The notes under the pieces are model-generated. The model searched no databases. It was not told the origin of the DNA and worked only from the letters and a program-made list of their open reading frames with translations. From Eledone cirrhosa (Eukaryota): a DNA stretch of 64,000 bases. Shown here in pieces: positions 39,522 through 50,639 of the stretch; the stretch's first letter is position 1; every line of letters begins with the position of its first letter. The stretch covers positions 148,118,001 to 148,182,000 of the forward strand of contig OZ024741.1 of the NCBI GenBank assembly GCA_964016885.1. The letters run 5' to 3'. A program made the translations under genes and the position numbers.

Positions 39522-41244
39522 TGAGGAGAATAAATTGGAGAAAGACAGTCTCCCCCACATCGACCCAATAGAGGGACCAGCAGTGTTAGTCGAGGGTAGT
39601 ATAATAAGTAAGGCAATCAAAGATATGAAGACGGGTAAGGCGGCTGGGCCTTCGGAAATAGTTGCCGAGATGCTGAAGGCATCTGGTACGGTGGGACACA
39701 CCATGGTCACCCGGATAGTTAACCAAGTCGTACAGAATGGGGTTGTTCCGAAGGACTGGCGTAGCAGCATCATCGTTAACTGTTATAAGGGTAAAGGAGA
39801 TGCCCTAGATAGGAGTAACTATAGAGGCATTAAATTAATTGACCAGGTCATGAAGGTCACGGAAAAAGTAATAGTGCAACTAATCAGAGAGAGAATTGAT
39901 CTAGATGAAATGCAGTTCGGGTTAGTGTCAGGCAAAAGTACCACAGATGCTCTTTTCATTGTACGACAACTACAGGAGAAGTACCTAGCTAAAAGTAAAC
40001 CCCTATACTTAGCTTTTGTCGACTTGGAGAAAGCCTTCGACAGAGTCCCCCGTTCCATTATCTGGTGGGCTCTTAGAAAACTAGGTGTTGACGAATGGCT
40101 TGTGAGAGCTATACAAGCCATGTATAAAGAAACAGTCAGCAAGGTTAGAATTAACAACGAATATAGTGAAGAGTTTAGCGTAAAAGTTGGCGTCCATCAG
40201 GGCTCTGTTCTCAGCCCCCTACTATTTATTATTGCCCTTCAGGCTATAACAGAGGAGTTCAAGACCGGTTGCCCATGGGAACTCCTATACGCAGATGACC
40301 TAACACTCATAGCTGAATCAATGGCCGAGCTAGAGAAGAAATTCCAAACATGGAAGCACGACCTAGAATCAAAAGGCCTTAAAATTAACCTGGCTAAGAC
40401 TAAAGTTCTAGTTTGTAAGAAAGAAAATAAGGCGGCGGTCCCTTCCGGGAAGTGGCTATGCTCAGTGTGTAGGAAAGGCGTAGGTAGAAACTCCATTTTG
40501 TGTCCCAAATGCAAAGTATGGGTGCATAAAAGATGTAGTGGGATCACAGGTAAGCTAACTCAGAACATAGATTTTACATGTGGCCGGTGCTCTGGTGCAA
40601 TAAGTAGCAGCAAGTGCCCACAAAATACTAGCTCTTTCAACTGCGCAGACGGTTCTATAGAAATAGTGGACAGCTTCTGTTACCTGGGTGACAAAATCAG
40701 CAGTGGGGGAGGGTGCTCTGAAAGTACAGTAGCTAGAGTCAGAACTGGATGGAAAAAGTTCAGAGAGCTTATACCACTATTAGCCGCTAAAGGGTTCTCC
40801 CTAAAAATGAAAGGCAGGTTGTATGATGCCTGCATACGAACAGCAATGTTGCATGGCAGTGAGACCTGGGCATTGTGTGCAGAGGATATACGCAGACTAG
40901 AGAGAAACGAAGCTTGCATGCTCCGCTGGATGTGTAATAGTAATATACGTGAACGGCAAAGCATAAACGAACTAAGGAAAAAATTAGAAATAAGAGGGAT
41001 CAGATGTTGTTTACTCGAGAGAAGGCTATGTTGGTATGGTCACGTGATGCGCATGAAGGACGATAGCTGTATAACAAAGTGCAGGGCAATAAAGATAGAC
41101 GGTAGCCACGGAATAGGCAGTCCCAGAAAAACCTGGGACGAGCTGATAAATTCCGACCTCACACACTTGCACCTCACCAAGACAATGTCACTGGACCGAG
41201 ACCTTTGGCGGTACTCAGTAATAGAGAAGACCCGCCTTACCTAA
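39522..41244 (+). CDS. RTE ORF fragment: reverse transcriptase with embedded C4HC3 PHD-like finger; endonuclease missing
   Basis: NYRGIKL, FVDLEKAFD, GVHQGSVLSPLLF, LLYADD, FCYLG, LHGSETW, WYGHVMRM; the ORF-track start lies in the microsatellite. Confidence 0.85.
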
Positions 41245-41752
41245 ATACAAAGTAAAACCTACTACAGTCAGTAGGCATCTCTAACAAAATATACCCCCGT
41301 CCCACCACCCCCACCCCATCCACACTGCCCCTTTCAATGTAAAGTTATGTTGGTGCCACAACATCCAGGCCGAAACAAATGAGATCGTGTAGGTGTCACG
41401 TCAAAAAACACACAGTTCACGCTGTAATGTGGCCGTGTAGGCAACACGGTAAAAACCTCCCAGCCCCACACTGTTAATGTGGTTGGTGTTAGGAAGGGCA
41501 TCCAGCTGTAGAAAACCCGCCAGACAGTCCACGCTGTAATGTGGCCGTGTAGGCAACACGGTAAAAACCTCCCAGCCCTACACTGTAAATGTGGTTGGTG
41601 TTAGGAAGGGCATCCAGCTGTAGAAAACCCGCCAGACAGTCCTATGCGAGCAAGATAATCACTCTTGCCTCAAGTGGGAAAACCCCCGTCCAAACCCATG
41701 CAAGCGTGGAACACGGACGTTAAACGTTGATGATGATGATGATGATGATGAT
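39522..41752 (+). mobile_element. Young 5'-truncated RTE-clade LINE
   Basis: Uninterrupted RT ORF to 41244, 3'UTR with a ~113-bp tandem duplication, (GAT)n tail, (TA)n on both flanks. Confidence 0.95.
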
Positions 41753-41887
41753 ATATATACACATACACACACGACCCCGACTGCTGAGCTCCGGCCGTTT
41801 CGACAGCAAAGTATCGAGTACTCTGGTGCATAATGGTCCACATGGTTCCTTACCAAACTTTCTTTGTTATATATTTATATATATATA

Positions 41888-42355
41888 TCATCATCATCAA
41901 CTTCATCATCATTTTACGTCTGCTCTTCCCTGCTTGCAAGAGTGGGACGGGTCTTATTCAGCACAGCATCTCTCCACTTGTCACGGTCCTTCATCATCTC
42001 CTCCATGAGCTTCAGCAATCTGAGGTCTGTTCTCACCACACCCGCCCATGTTTTTCGTGGTCTACCTCTACCACGTCTTCCTTCAACTGGCATTTCCTGG
42101 CACTTCTTCACCCATCGGTCACCCTCCATGCGCATCACGTGTCCATACCACCTCAGTCTCCTCTCTCGCACACTACATTCTATCCCTCTCAGACAGTTTC
42201 TCTGGACGTGTAGGCGCCACGGAAAAAAAGCACCCAGCACTCACTGTAAATGAGGTTAGTGTTAGGAAGGGCATCCAGCTGTAGAAATCAAGCCAGAATC
42301 AGTTCCTGCCCCACCCTTGCAAGCAGGGAAAAGCAGACGTAAAATGATGATGATG
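41888..42355. mobile_element. Two RTE-type 3' ends fused head-to-head with tails pointing outward
   Basis: Minus-strand RTE C-terminus (RLRWYGHVMRM...GRPRKTW) 41888-42200, then plus-strand 3'UTR 42203-42355; both end CTTGCAAGCAGGGAA.AGCAGACGTAAAATGATGA. Confidence 0.8.
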
Positions 42356-42639
42356 ATATATATACACACACACACAGAAATATATGGGCATTTCTCTCTT
42401 TGTCTGTCTGTCTGTCCTTCCCTAAAACTCAAATGTAGGTGCTACAGAAATATTACCTTCCCCTGCCTTTCTCCACTTTGGTACTACCAAGAGAAACACT
42501 GTCGCTATAGAAACATTACCTTCCCCTCTCCACTGACTTTGGTCACCGAGGCCGAGGGAATCGCTGGTTGCTATAGAGACACCTTGCACAAGCCAGAAGT
42601 AACCAGTTCAAGGCGGTTCTGACTTGACACCATGCCAAG

Positions 42640-43121
42640 TCTACTTATAATATATAATGGGCATTTCTCTGTTTGTTTGTCTGTCTGTCCGTCTATAAAA
42701 AATGCCAAGGAAACAAATAGACGCGGTTTCAAATCTCTATGCTTTTCAAATTCATTACATTAATCTTTATTTATACGTTTCGCTTTACGAGTGTTTCGAC
42801 TTATCATTATATATAAACGTTTCTATTTTCAGCGTTTTATCGTAAACGTTTATATATTTCCATCGTTATATCATAACGTTTATGTATCATAACGTTTATA
42901 TTTCCGTCACTAATCTCTTTTTCTCCTTTTTCGTTTTAACATATATTTATTTCAAAGATTTCACCGTATAGATAACATATATATTTATACATGCATAAAA
43001 GACACACCGAGAGACGGTGAACATGTGGTGCCGAAAACATTTCTCATCCAAATCTCAACAATATCAGTATATACACTAGATTTGCTAGCAGAAAACCGCC
43101 CACCGGGTGGTTTTCTGCTAG
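42640..43121 (+). mobile_element. Short non-autonomous Helitron-like element
   Basis: TC start with AT-rich head and (TGTC)n; long hairpin ending in CTAG. Confidence 0.6.
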
Positions 43122-45273
43122 TCTATATATATAAAACTGAGGATGTCTGTCTGTGCGTGTGAGTTTGAATCCCTAAAACTCAAGAAGCACCCAGCCGACT
43201 GTTTTCAAACTTTACACATGTCATACTTATGTTTCCGGGAGTGTTCTGAGCAAAAGAAATTTCAAATTTTCAATGCCCTAGGGACCGCATTAGCCGATTT
43301 AGCGATCTCTCTTTATAATTCTTAGTCTTTCTCTTTTTAGATAAATACATACATATAACATCACACCCTTATAATATCTGTCTGTATGTCTGGCTGCCTG
43401 CTGCCTTTGGTTAATCTGCCACCCTTGCTCAAGACAAATCTAACACTCATTCCCCAAACAGTTGGTAAGTGCACACAACTTCTTTCTCACGTTTTAAGCC
43501 AGTGTTGTTTACTTACGTACCACCAGACCTTTACTTCTTTGCCAGCCGTGGTTGTGGCAATACTAAGCTTAGCTAAGGCAGTTATATATTTCACACAACA
43601 CTAAAAATGAAAGGCGGTAACTATGTATTAGTCTGTCTCTTCTTCATACCGTGAGCAAAGAAAATCCAACTTTCGAGTCAGTCTTTCATATCCATTAACA
43701 AGTCCCAGGGTCACACTCTTTCTGTGGCTGGACTTCTACTGGAGGAGCCCTGTTTCTCCCACGGACAATTGTACGTTGGGTGCACTAGAGTTGGCAGCAG
43801 GGAGAGGCTTTTTGCATTTGCACGACAAGGGAAAACAAGGAACATTGTTTACGAGGTGTTATAAATGCAACAACGAGAAGGTAGGTTCATTATTGCCCTC
43901 TCTTAAACCAATCTGGTCGCAATTCGTATGGGCTAACTGAAATGCGTTTTTTCTATGGTTTAAGGTCAACCCTTCAGCAAAGAACCTTCCCCTTGACAAT
44001 TGGTGCGGCAATGTAAGGTCGTTAAGCGGATCGTTGTTCGTTGGGTGCTCTGTAGTTGGCAGCTGGGAGAGTCTTCTTGCATTTGCACAAGGATGAGGTA
44101 GGTTCGTTATCAACATTTCTTAAGGCAATCTGGTTGCCATTCATACAGCCTATTACCTGAAATACGTTTTCCCTCGGCTTCAGGGGATTACTTTCAGAGA
44201 TGGATCTTCCGCTTCGCACTTGGTGTGTCAATGTATGGCTGTTAAACGGACCACGAACGCATTCTGATTCATTCTAAAGGCTACCAGTGGAAGCAACCAT
44301 AACACCCTCCTTCAAATGTGAGAGAACGCAGTCAAAGTCACTATTAAGGGCTACAAGTGAATGCTCACATGGCCCTTTTTAGGGCCACCACTTGAAATTG
44401 TTGATGGTTACTCCTCCTTACTGGGGTATCAGTGAACGGCTTACACGACCCTTTTAAGGGCCCTTGAAATAGCTGATGGCGACCCTTTCGTTTAGGGCTG
44501 CCAGTAAACGTGCACACACCTTGGGGCCCATTTTATTGCACCATTCCTCTTTAAATTTGTTAAATTATACCCAGTTTGGTAAACGTTTGTCCAGTTGCGT
44601 TTACTTACTAAGGTGCGGTGGACTCCTTCGAGAAGGCTCCACATGCTGTCCGATTGCACGTCATGCCTTGCTCAGGCATTGTAGACATCCCTCTTACATA
44701 AGTCGTGACATCTATCCTGCTGACTCATGCCACTTTAGTAAAGTACAAAAGCACCAAACCGATTTTCTCCACATGGAAAGAGAAGCATACCTAATACTAA
44801 TTGCATGAGAGTATTCGGTTTATTTTCTTTACATATTGTCCAGGCATGCAGTTTTCCCACGATTAGGTCTGTTGGCGGCCCGCGTTATGTTTCAGGGAGT
44901 GTTATGCACATAAAAAAATTCAACTTTTTTGATCCCCTTGGGCCCGCATTAGGTGAAAAACTTCATTTTTTCAGCTTTTTAGGGCTTTTTTTAGGCGTTA
45001 CGTCTAGCCGATTTTCCTGAAATTTCAAGGCATATTATGCACATAAAAAAATTTAATTTTCTTGATGCCCTAGGGCCCACATTAGGTGAAAACCTGCATA
45101 TTTCCTGCTTCATCGAGGAAGGCTGGATAATCTTAAAGATTATCCAGCCATCAGAGTATTTGGTTTATTTTCTTTACATATTATCGAGCCATGCAGTTTT
45201 TCCACGATTAGGTCTGTTGGCGGCCCACGTTCCAAATGACCTTATCCCATGCAACGCCGGGTACCACTGCTAG
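43122..45273 (+). mobile_element. Non-autonomous Helitron carrying a PIF1-helicase C-terminal remnant (43694-43864)
   Basis: TCTATATATATAAAAC start; INKSQGHTL...CFSHGQLYVGCTRVG; CCC..GCAAC..CCGGG hairpin then CTAG. Confidence 0.85.
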
Positions 45274-45294
45274 TCTATATATATAAAACTGAGG

Positions 45295-45990
45295 TCCTTG
45301 TAAGTAGACGAGAAGACAGAACCCAGATCCCCTCAGGGAAATGGCCTTGCTCAGTATGTAGGAAAGGTGTAGGTAGGAACTCCATTCTCTGCCCCAAATG
45401 CAAACAATGGGTACACAAGAGATGTAGCGGGATCTCAGGAAGCTTAATTAAGAATGTAGGCTTCACATGCAGCAGCTGTGCTGGGACAGCAAGCAGCAAA
45501 CAGCCACAGGAAACAAGTACCACCAATCTCTGGGAGAGCTCTGTAGAAACAGTAGACAGCTTCTGCTGCTTAGGTGACCGAATTAGCAGCGGAGGTGGGT
45601 GTTCAGAAAGTACAATAACTAGGGTAAGAACGGGATGGAAGAAGTTTAGGGAACTACTGCCACTGCTAACTGCAAAAGGCTTCTCCCTCAAAATGAAAGC
45701 AGACTGTATGATGCGTGCATACGAACAGCAATGTTGCACGGTAGTGAGACCTTGGCGCTGAAGGTGGAAGACTTACGTAGATTAGAGAGAAACGAAGCCT
45801 GCATGCTCCGATGGATGTGTAATAGTAATATACGCGAACGACAAAGCATAAATGAATTGAGAGAGAGACTGAGCATAAGAGGAATCAAATGCTGTGTGCA
45901 GGAGAGGCGGTTGCGTTGGTATGGACATGTGATGCGTATGAAGGATGACAGCTGCATAAAAAGGTGCAGAGCACTAGAAGTCGATGGAAA
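45295..45990 (+). mobile_element. Internal RTE fragment (PHD to C-terminal region, no tail) embedded in a second Helitron copy
   Basis: Homologous to 40400-41100; Helitron head on the left, Helitron subterminal sequence on the right. Confidence 0.85.
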
Positions 45991-46099
45991 CAGCTTTTTA
46001 GGGTTTTTTTGAGGCGTTACGTCTAGCCGATTTTCCCGAAATTTCAAGGCATATTATGCACATAAATTCATTTTCTTGATCCCCTAGAGCCGCATTAGG

Positions 46100-46690
46100 T
46101 GACTTTGATGAAACTTTAATGAAAATTCTGGAGAATTTTGGGGGGACTTTTGATGGAATTTTTTGGAAAGTTAAATAAAAGTTTTGGCAGGAGTTTGAGA
46201 AAATTTCGAGAAGATTTGACAAAAACATAATTTAATTAAAATTATTTCCTTCTGTTTTTCAATATTTATGAAAGTCTTTAAGAAAATATTTACGAAACAT
46301 TTGGAAAAATATCTTTAAAAAACTTTGCAGTTTTGGGAAAACATTTTGTTGAAATTTTCAATGAAACTTTGGGAAAAATTTCATAAAATATTTGGGGGAA
46401 TGTTCAATGAAATTTTGGCAAAATATTTAAAGATTTTGTGAAGTTCTTTGGTAGATTTTCGGCGAACGTTTTGGAATGATTTTGAGAGAATTTCGAGAAA
46501 ATGTTTTGGTGAAAGGTTTTATGAAAATTTGAGGGAATTTTTATGAAAAATTTGGGGCTAGTCATACTAATTTGAATATAAGCACTCGACAAAAACATGA
46601 CTAATTAAACTTATTTCCTTCTGTTTTTCAATATTTACAAAAACCTTTACGAAAATATTTACAAAACATTTGGAAAAATATCTAAAAAAA
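46100..46690. repeat. Degenerate AT-rich tandem region with a ~100-bp block repeated at ~46218 and ~46588
   Basis: GACAAAAACAT...GGAAAAATATCT occurs twice. Confidence 0.6.
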
Positions 46691-46859
46691 AAGAAGGAAT
46701 TTATAGTATACTTGAAGCATTGTATGTCGTATAAAGAATTTGAAGTTTGAAAGTCATGACAATGCTGGTTTGGACGGAAAATAATCAATGTCCTGATATT
46801 TCGAGATTAATATCTCTTCTTCCGAGGAAAATAAAGGAACTATTTCAGTGTCCGATGTG

Positions 46860-47405
46860 GCTTGTTATACCATGCTGGCCGGACATCGGACACTTGTGAT
46901 GATCCTGTTAATGACATTTGAAGAACTGGGCTGCAACAATAGTATAAAAGTCATCTGAACTACTTCCCTGAAAATCTTGATATAATGAGTGATGAGCAAG
47001 CAGTTAGATTCCACCAAAACATGAAGACCAAGGAGTCTAGGTATCAATGCAGGTGTCTGCAAAGAGATTTGTCGCGATGAAAGCTAATCATGCAAAGCAG
47101 CAAAGAGAAAGTTCACTCCTTGAGTATCTGAAACTCTAGTTAGAAATGACTATACTAAGATGTGTAATTATATATTTTGCTTAATATATTTGTTAAACAA
47201 TAAAAAGTACTATTTGATTTGTGTTAGTTTCTTATTTCAGCATTGCATTTAATATCGAAATTGACATTTTTTTGGTAAAAATTGAATTCGTGTTTAACAA
47301 AAAAAACTTGACATTTCTGAACTCAGTACTATCAAATTAGGTTAGAACAATTGTAAAAAGCAAGACAAGACAACTAAATGTTTTTTTCGAAAATGTTTTC
47401 CGGTG
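46860..47405 (+). mobile_element. Chapaev3-like DNA transposon 3' relic
   Basis: Decayed LGCN.SIK / HLNYFPENL..MSDEQ..RFHQ.MK..E.RYQ motif; ends in GTG. Confidence 0.55.
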
Positions 47406-48156
47406 ATTTCCGTCATTTTTTGTTTCAAATATAAAGATCCGAAAAAATTTTTTAAAAAAAAGTACGAGGGTGGATGAACCCGAAACTACATCAAATAAAG
47501 TTCGAACAACAACAAAAATGAGTTAATCATTTGCTCGTTGAAGTTATGGTAGTTATGACAAAATTCCTCATTATCGGAGTGGGGTGTAACAATTTTATAT
47601 TTGTAAATAAAACTGAATTTGTTAAACATTTCTCTTCAAACCTACATAAGAAAGGGTTTTTGTGAGAAATTAATAAAGCAGCAATTCCCAGACTGGGAAA
47701 TATAAAGTACTCCGTTTATTGGGTATCCATTCTTCCCTAAACATAAATATTTGTAACTTTTGATTGTTATCATCACTATGATCTAGGGAATTAAGTAATT
47801 GTTGAAAGGGGCCATGGGAAAATTCATTTAAATAAAACTGTCTTTACAGAGATATAATCTAGAATAGACGAAATAAAATATTGCACTTGTTTTTAACAGT
47901 AAACAATGTTATTATACATTATTTAACAAGCTTTGTCGAGAGATTTTCTGAGTATTGGCGATTAAACAGTTTTAAGAAGTTATTTGTATTTTTGTTGCAG
48001 CTATAAAATTAAGGATGATAAGATTGAAAATAAATAACGATATTACATATCTAACATTTTACTAGAGAATTTTTGAAAGCAGCCAACCTTTACAATTGAA
48101 AGTATATATATATAAAACGGTAAAAATGTAACATGCATATAAATGTATCTATATAA

Positions 48157-48204
48157 ACTTACTTAACTCCAGAGATGAAAACAAATTTTGAATAATCCGC
48201 CAAA
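48157..48204 (-). promoter_or_regulatory. Candidate NCAPG promoter element TTTGGCGG-ATTA-TTCAAA (E2F/CDE + 4 nt + CHR), followed by a short 5'UTR exon ending at 48163 with a GTAAGT donor
   Basis: Exact fit to BSSSSS-NNNN-TTYRAA; strong donor about 25 nt downstream; locally CpG-retaining region; correct strand and upstream of NCAPG. Confidence 0.5.
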
Positions 48205-48284
48205 TCTAAATGTATATCATGCTGATACCAACGGAATGTTACTTTTCGTATTTTCTGTACGTCAATGCTCTATAAATATTCAAA

Positions 48285-48322
<38 letters not shown>

Positions 48323-48829
48323 GCATTTTTTTTATTGATTAAAAATATATAGATGTGAAATCATTTTGTTGCGGTTTTTTTTTTTGATGTGTACGAAAGT
48401 AAAATGCTGAGTTCTCCAGATGTAAATAATAATTTCGTTAACAATTTGAAAATAATAAATTACAGCGGTATTTTAGTTATTATATATATATTAATCTTTC
48501 GTATTCAAAATTATTTACACCAATCGTTGATATTCTAAAACATGTTCTTTAAAATTGGCATTCATAATTAATCTATTTTTTAGAATTTTCTTTAATACCC
48601 GTAACACTTGCGATAAAAATTTCGTTTCACTTCTTTACCGTTCTTTGTTTTCAATTTACCATTTGCTTGCGTGGATCAGAGGGATGCCCCCCCCCCCCCC
48701 CCCCAACGCCAATCACGTTATAGCATGTGCTCTTTTTTTTTTGTGACACCACCATTACTGCTTTACTGAGTGAACTGGGTGCTTTTCGTTGTGGTACTCA
48801 CACGAACACGTTACTCGGTGGATTGGGTG

Positions 48830-48947
48830 CTTTTGCCGATAACCAGATGGGGATAAGTTGACAGCTCAGGCCCTCTCTTAACATGAACATCCAGCACAGA
48901 ACGAAAGAGATCAGAGATAATAACAAAATCAATTATTGATCGCGTGT
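48830..48947 (-). mobile_element. LINE AP-endonuclease C-terminal fragment
   Basis: RSIIDFVI.SDL..SVLDVHVKRG.ELST..HLV. Confidence 0.65.
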
Positions 48948-49690
48948 CACACGGAGGTAAACCACATTCTGAAGAGAGCTTTGGCCCGGGCGAATATCCC
49001 CTCAGTCTTGGAACCATCTGGGTTGTCCAGAAGTGACTGCAAAAGACCTGACGGTCTTACCCTCTGCCCCTGGTCGAGAGGCAGGTGCCTTGTCTGGTGA
49101 CTCTTTTGCTCTTCCCCATATCCTGGATGCTGCGGTTAGGACGAGAGCCACAGCCTCTGCAGCCGAGCGGAGTAAGACCCTCAAATACTCTGATCTGTCG
49201 GCCAGCTACATTTTTCAACCTGTGGCTTTCGAGACATTTGGGGAGTCGGGGCGCTGACTGCGAGGTTCCTTTCCTCACTGGCGGCTCGCCTAATAGAGGT
49301 GACTGGCGAATCTCGCGAGGGAGCTTGGCTGTTTCAGCGCATCACCCGAAGCAACGCTGCGAGTGTGCTGGCTTCCCTCAAAAATCATTAGAGAGGTTGC
49401 CCACTACTCGCGAGGTTGCTGTCTTTTGCTCTGGTGTTGGCTCCGTTGTTCACCCATTCCTTTACATTTTCTTTAATATTGTAGCATTGAATGAATATAT
49501 CTTTCATTGTATCATCCTTTGTAGTGTTACCGAGGCATTTGTAATATTATTTATGTATATATTTAAAATATATTTGTTATGTTATTCTACTGTAAATTTA
49601 TTTATATGCTCTGTTTATATTTTCATTCTGAAGGAATTGCAAACGATTTGTAATGTTTGTGCAACTATGAATAAAATTATTGATCTCTGT
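48948..49690 (+). mobile_element. CRE-like (restriction-like endonuclease) non-LTR retrotransposon 3' relic
   Basis: H.EVNHILKRAL.RANIPSVLEP.GL.RSD.KRPDG.TL.PW..G.CLVW*; AAERSK..KY..L...Y.FQPVAFETFG; AATAAA at ~49670. Confidence 0.72.
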
Positions 49691-49949
49691 CCCTGATTCC
49701 CCTTATACCATGTATACTTTAACACAGCATGTTAATACAGTCATTTAAAGAAAAACCTTTGCTCAGTATAACTGAACCTTGAAAAATGAGGAGTGCCAAT
49801 TGTAGTGTCGATGTATATCTAACTATCTCTACACGGTATCTATATAATGGAAATTAAGCAACTATCACATGATCCAATCCACATGACAGGTGCAATGTGT
49901 TCGAACACCCACTGTCATTGCCTCCATCTCTCTGTATTGTGAACAAATG

Positions 49950-50170
49950 GGGTCCCACGGGCTGGCTGCCCCACAGTCCCGGCAGACAGAATGGAGAAGG
50001 CGTTTCCCCGCAGGATGGTAAGGGATATGCGCTGGAAGAGCCATTCCACCTGCGGCTGGCCAGCTCAGTGCCTATGGTGATGGCCCTAGGGCCAAGGACA
50101 CCAGAAGTCTCCACTGCCAAGAGCATGACCCCAAACCTGTCGAAGAGCAACTGGTGCAAAAGAGACGACT
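49950..50170 (-). mobile_element. Second CRE-like C-terminal fragment
   Basis: LAVETSGVLGPRA motif. Confidence 0.5.
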
Positions 50171-50179
50171 TCATTGGTA

Positions 50180-50397
50180 CAGGCATGGATGATGATCACT
50201 GGATGAAGAAGTGCCAGGAAATACCAATAGAAGGAAGCTGCAGTAGAGGTTGACAAAGGAAGACCTGGGCAGAGGTGGTACAAGCTGATCTCAAATCACT
50301 GAGACTCACAGAAGGAATGTGCCCAGTGCTGAAAAGGACCCATCCAACCCATGCAGGCATGGAAAAACAGACATAAAAATGATGATGATGATGATGC
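50180..50397 (+). mobile_element. RTE 3' end fragment with (GAT)n tail
   Basis: MDDDHWMKKCQEIPIEGSCSRG, then RKTW remnant and tail. Confidence 0.8.
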
Positions 50398-50639
50398 TAT
50401 GTACTGAATACTTGCTAATTGTTAAGGACGGTAATTATTTTCTTTGCGGCTAAAGGAATAAATCAATTTATTAGTTAAAAGTAATATTTTGTAATCATTA
50501 ATAAATATTAATCATGTATAATTATTTTAGCTTTTTTTTAGGGAAGGGCCTCAAATTTCATATAGCTTAGTGCCTCAGTTGATGAAAATCTGGTCCTGAG
50601 TGTGGCACAGCATCAGAGAACTTGATTTTGCATCATCTT

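Noticed and set aside
39279-39616. YI/CV-rich ORFs
   Set aside because: Translations of (TA)n and (CA)n microsatellites.
41765-41860. Hammerhead ribozyme
   Set aside because: CGAAAC is present on the minus strand, but there is no CUGANGA core at a suitable position.
49085-49696. 203-aa ORF as a host gene
   Set aside because: Off-frame read-through of a CRE-like relic and its AT-rich 3'UTR.
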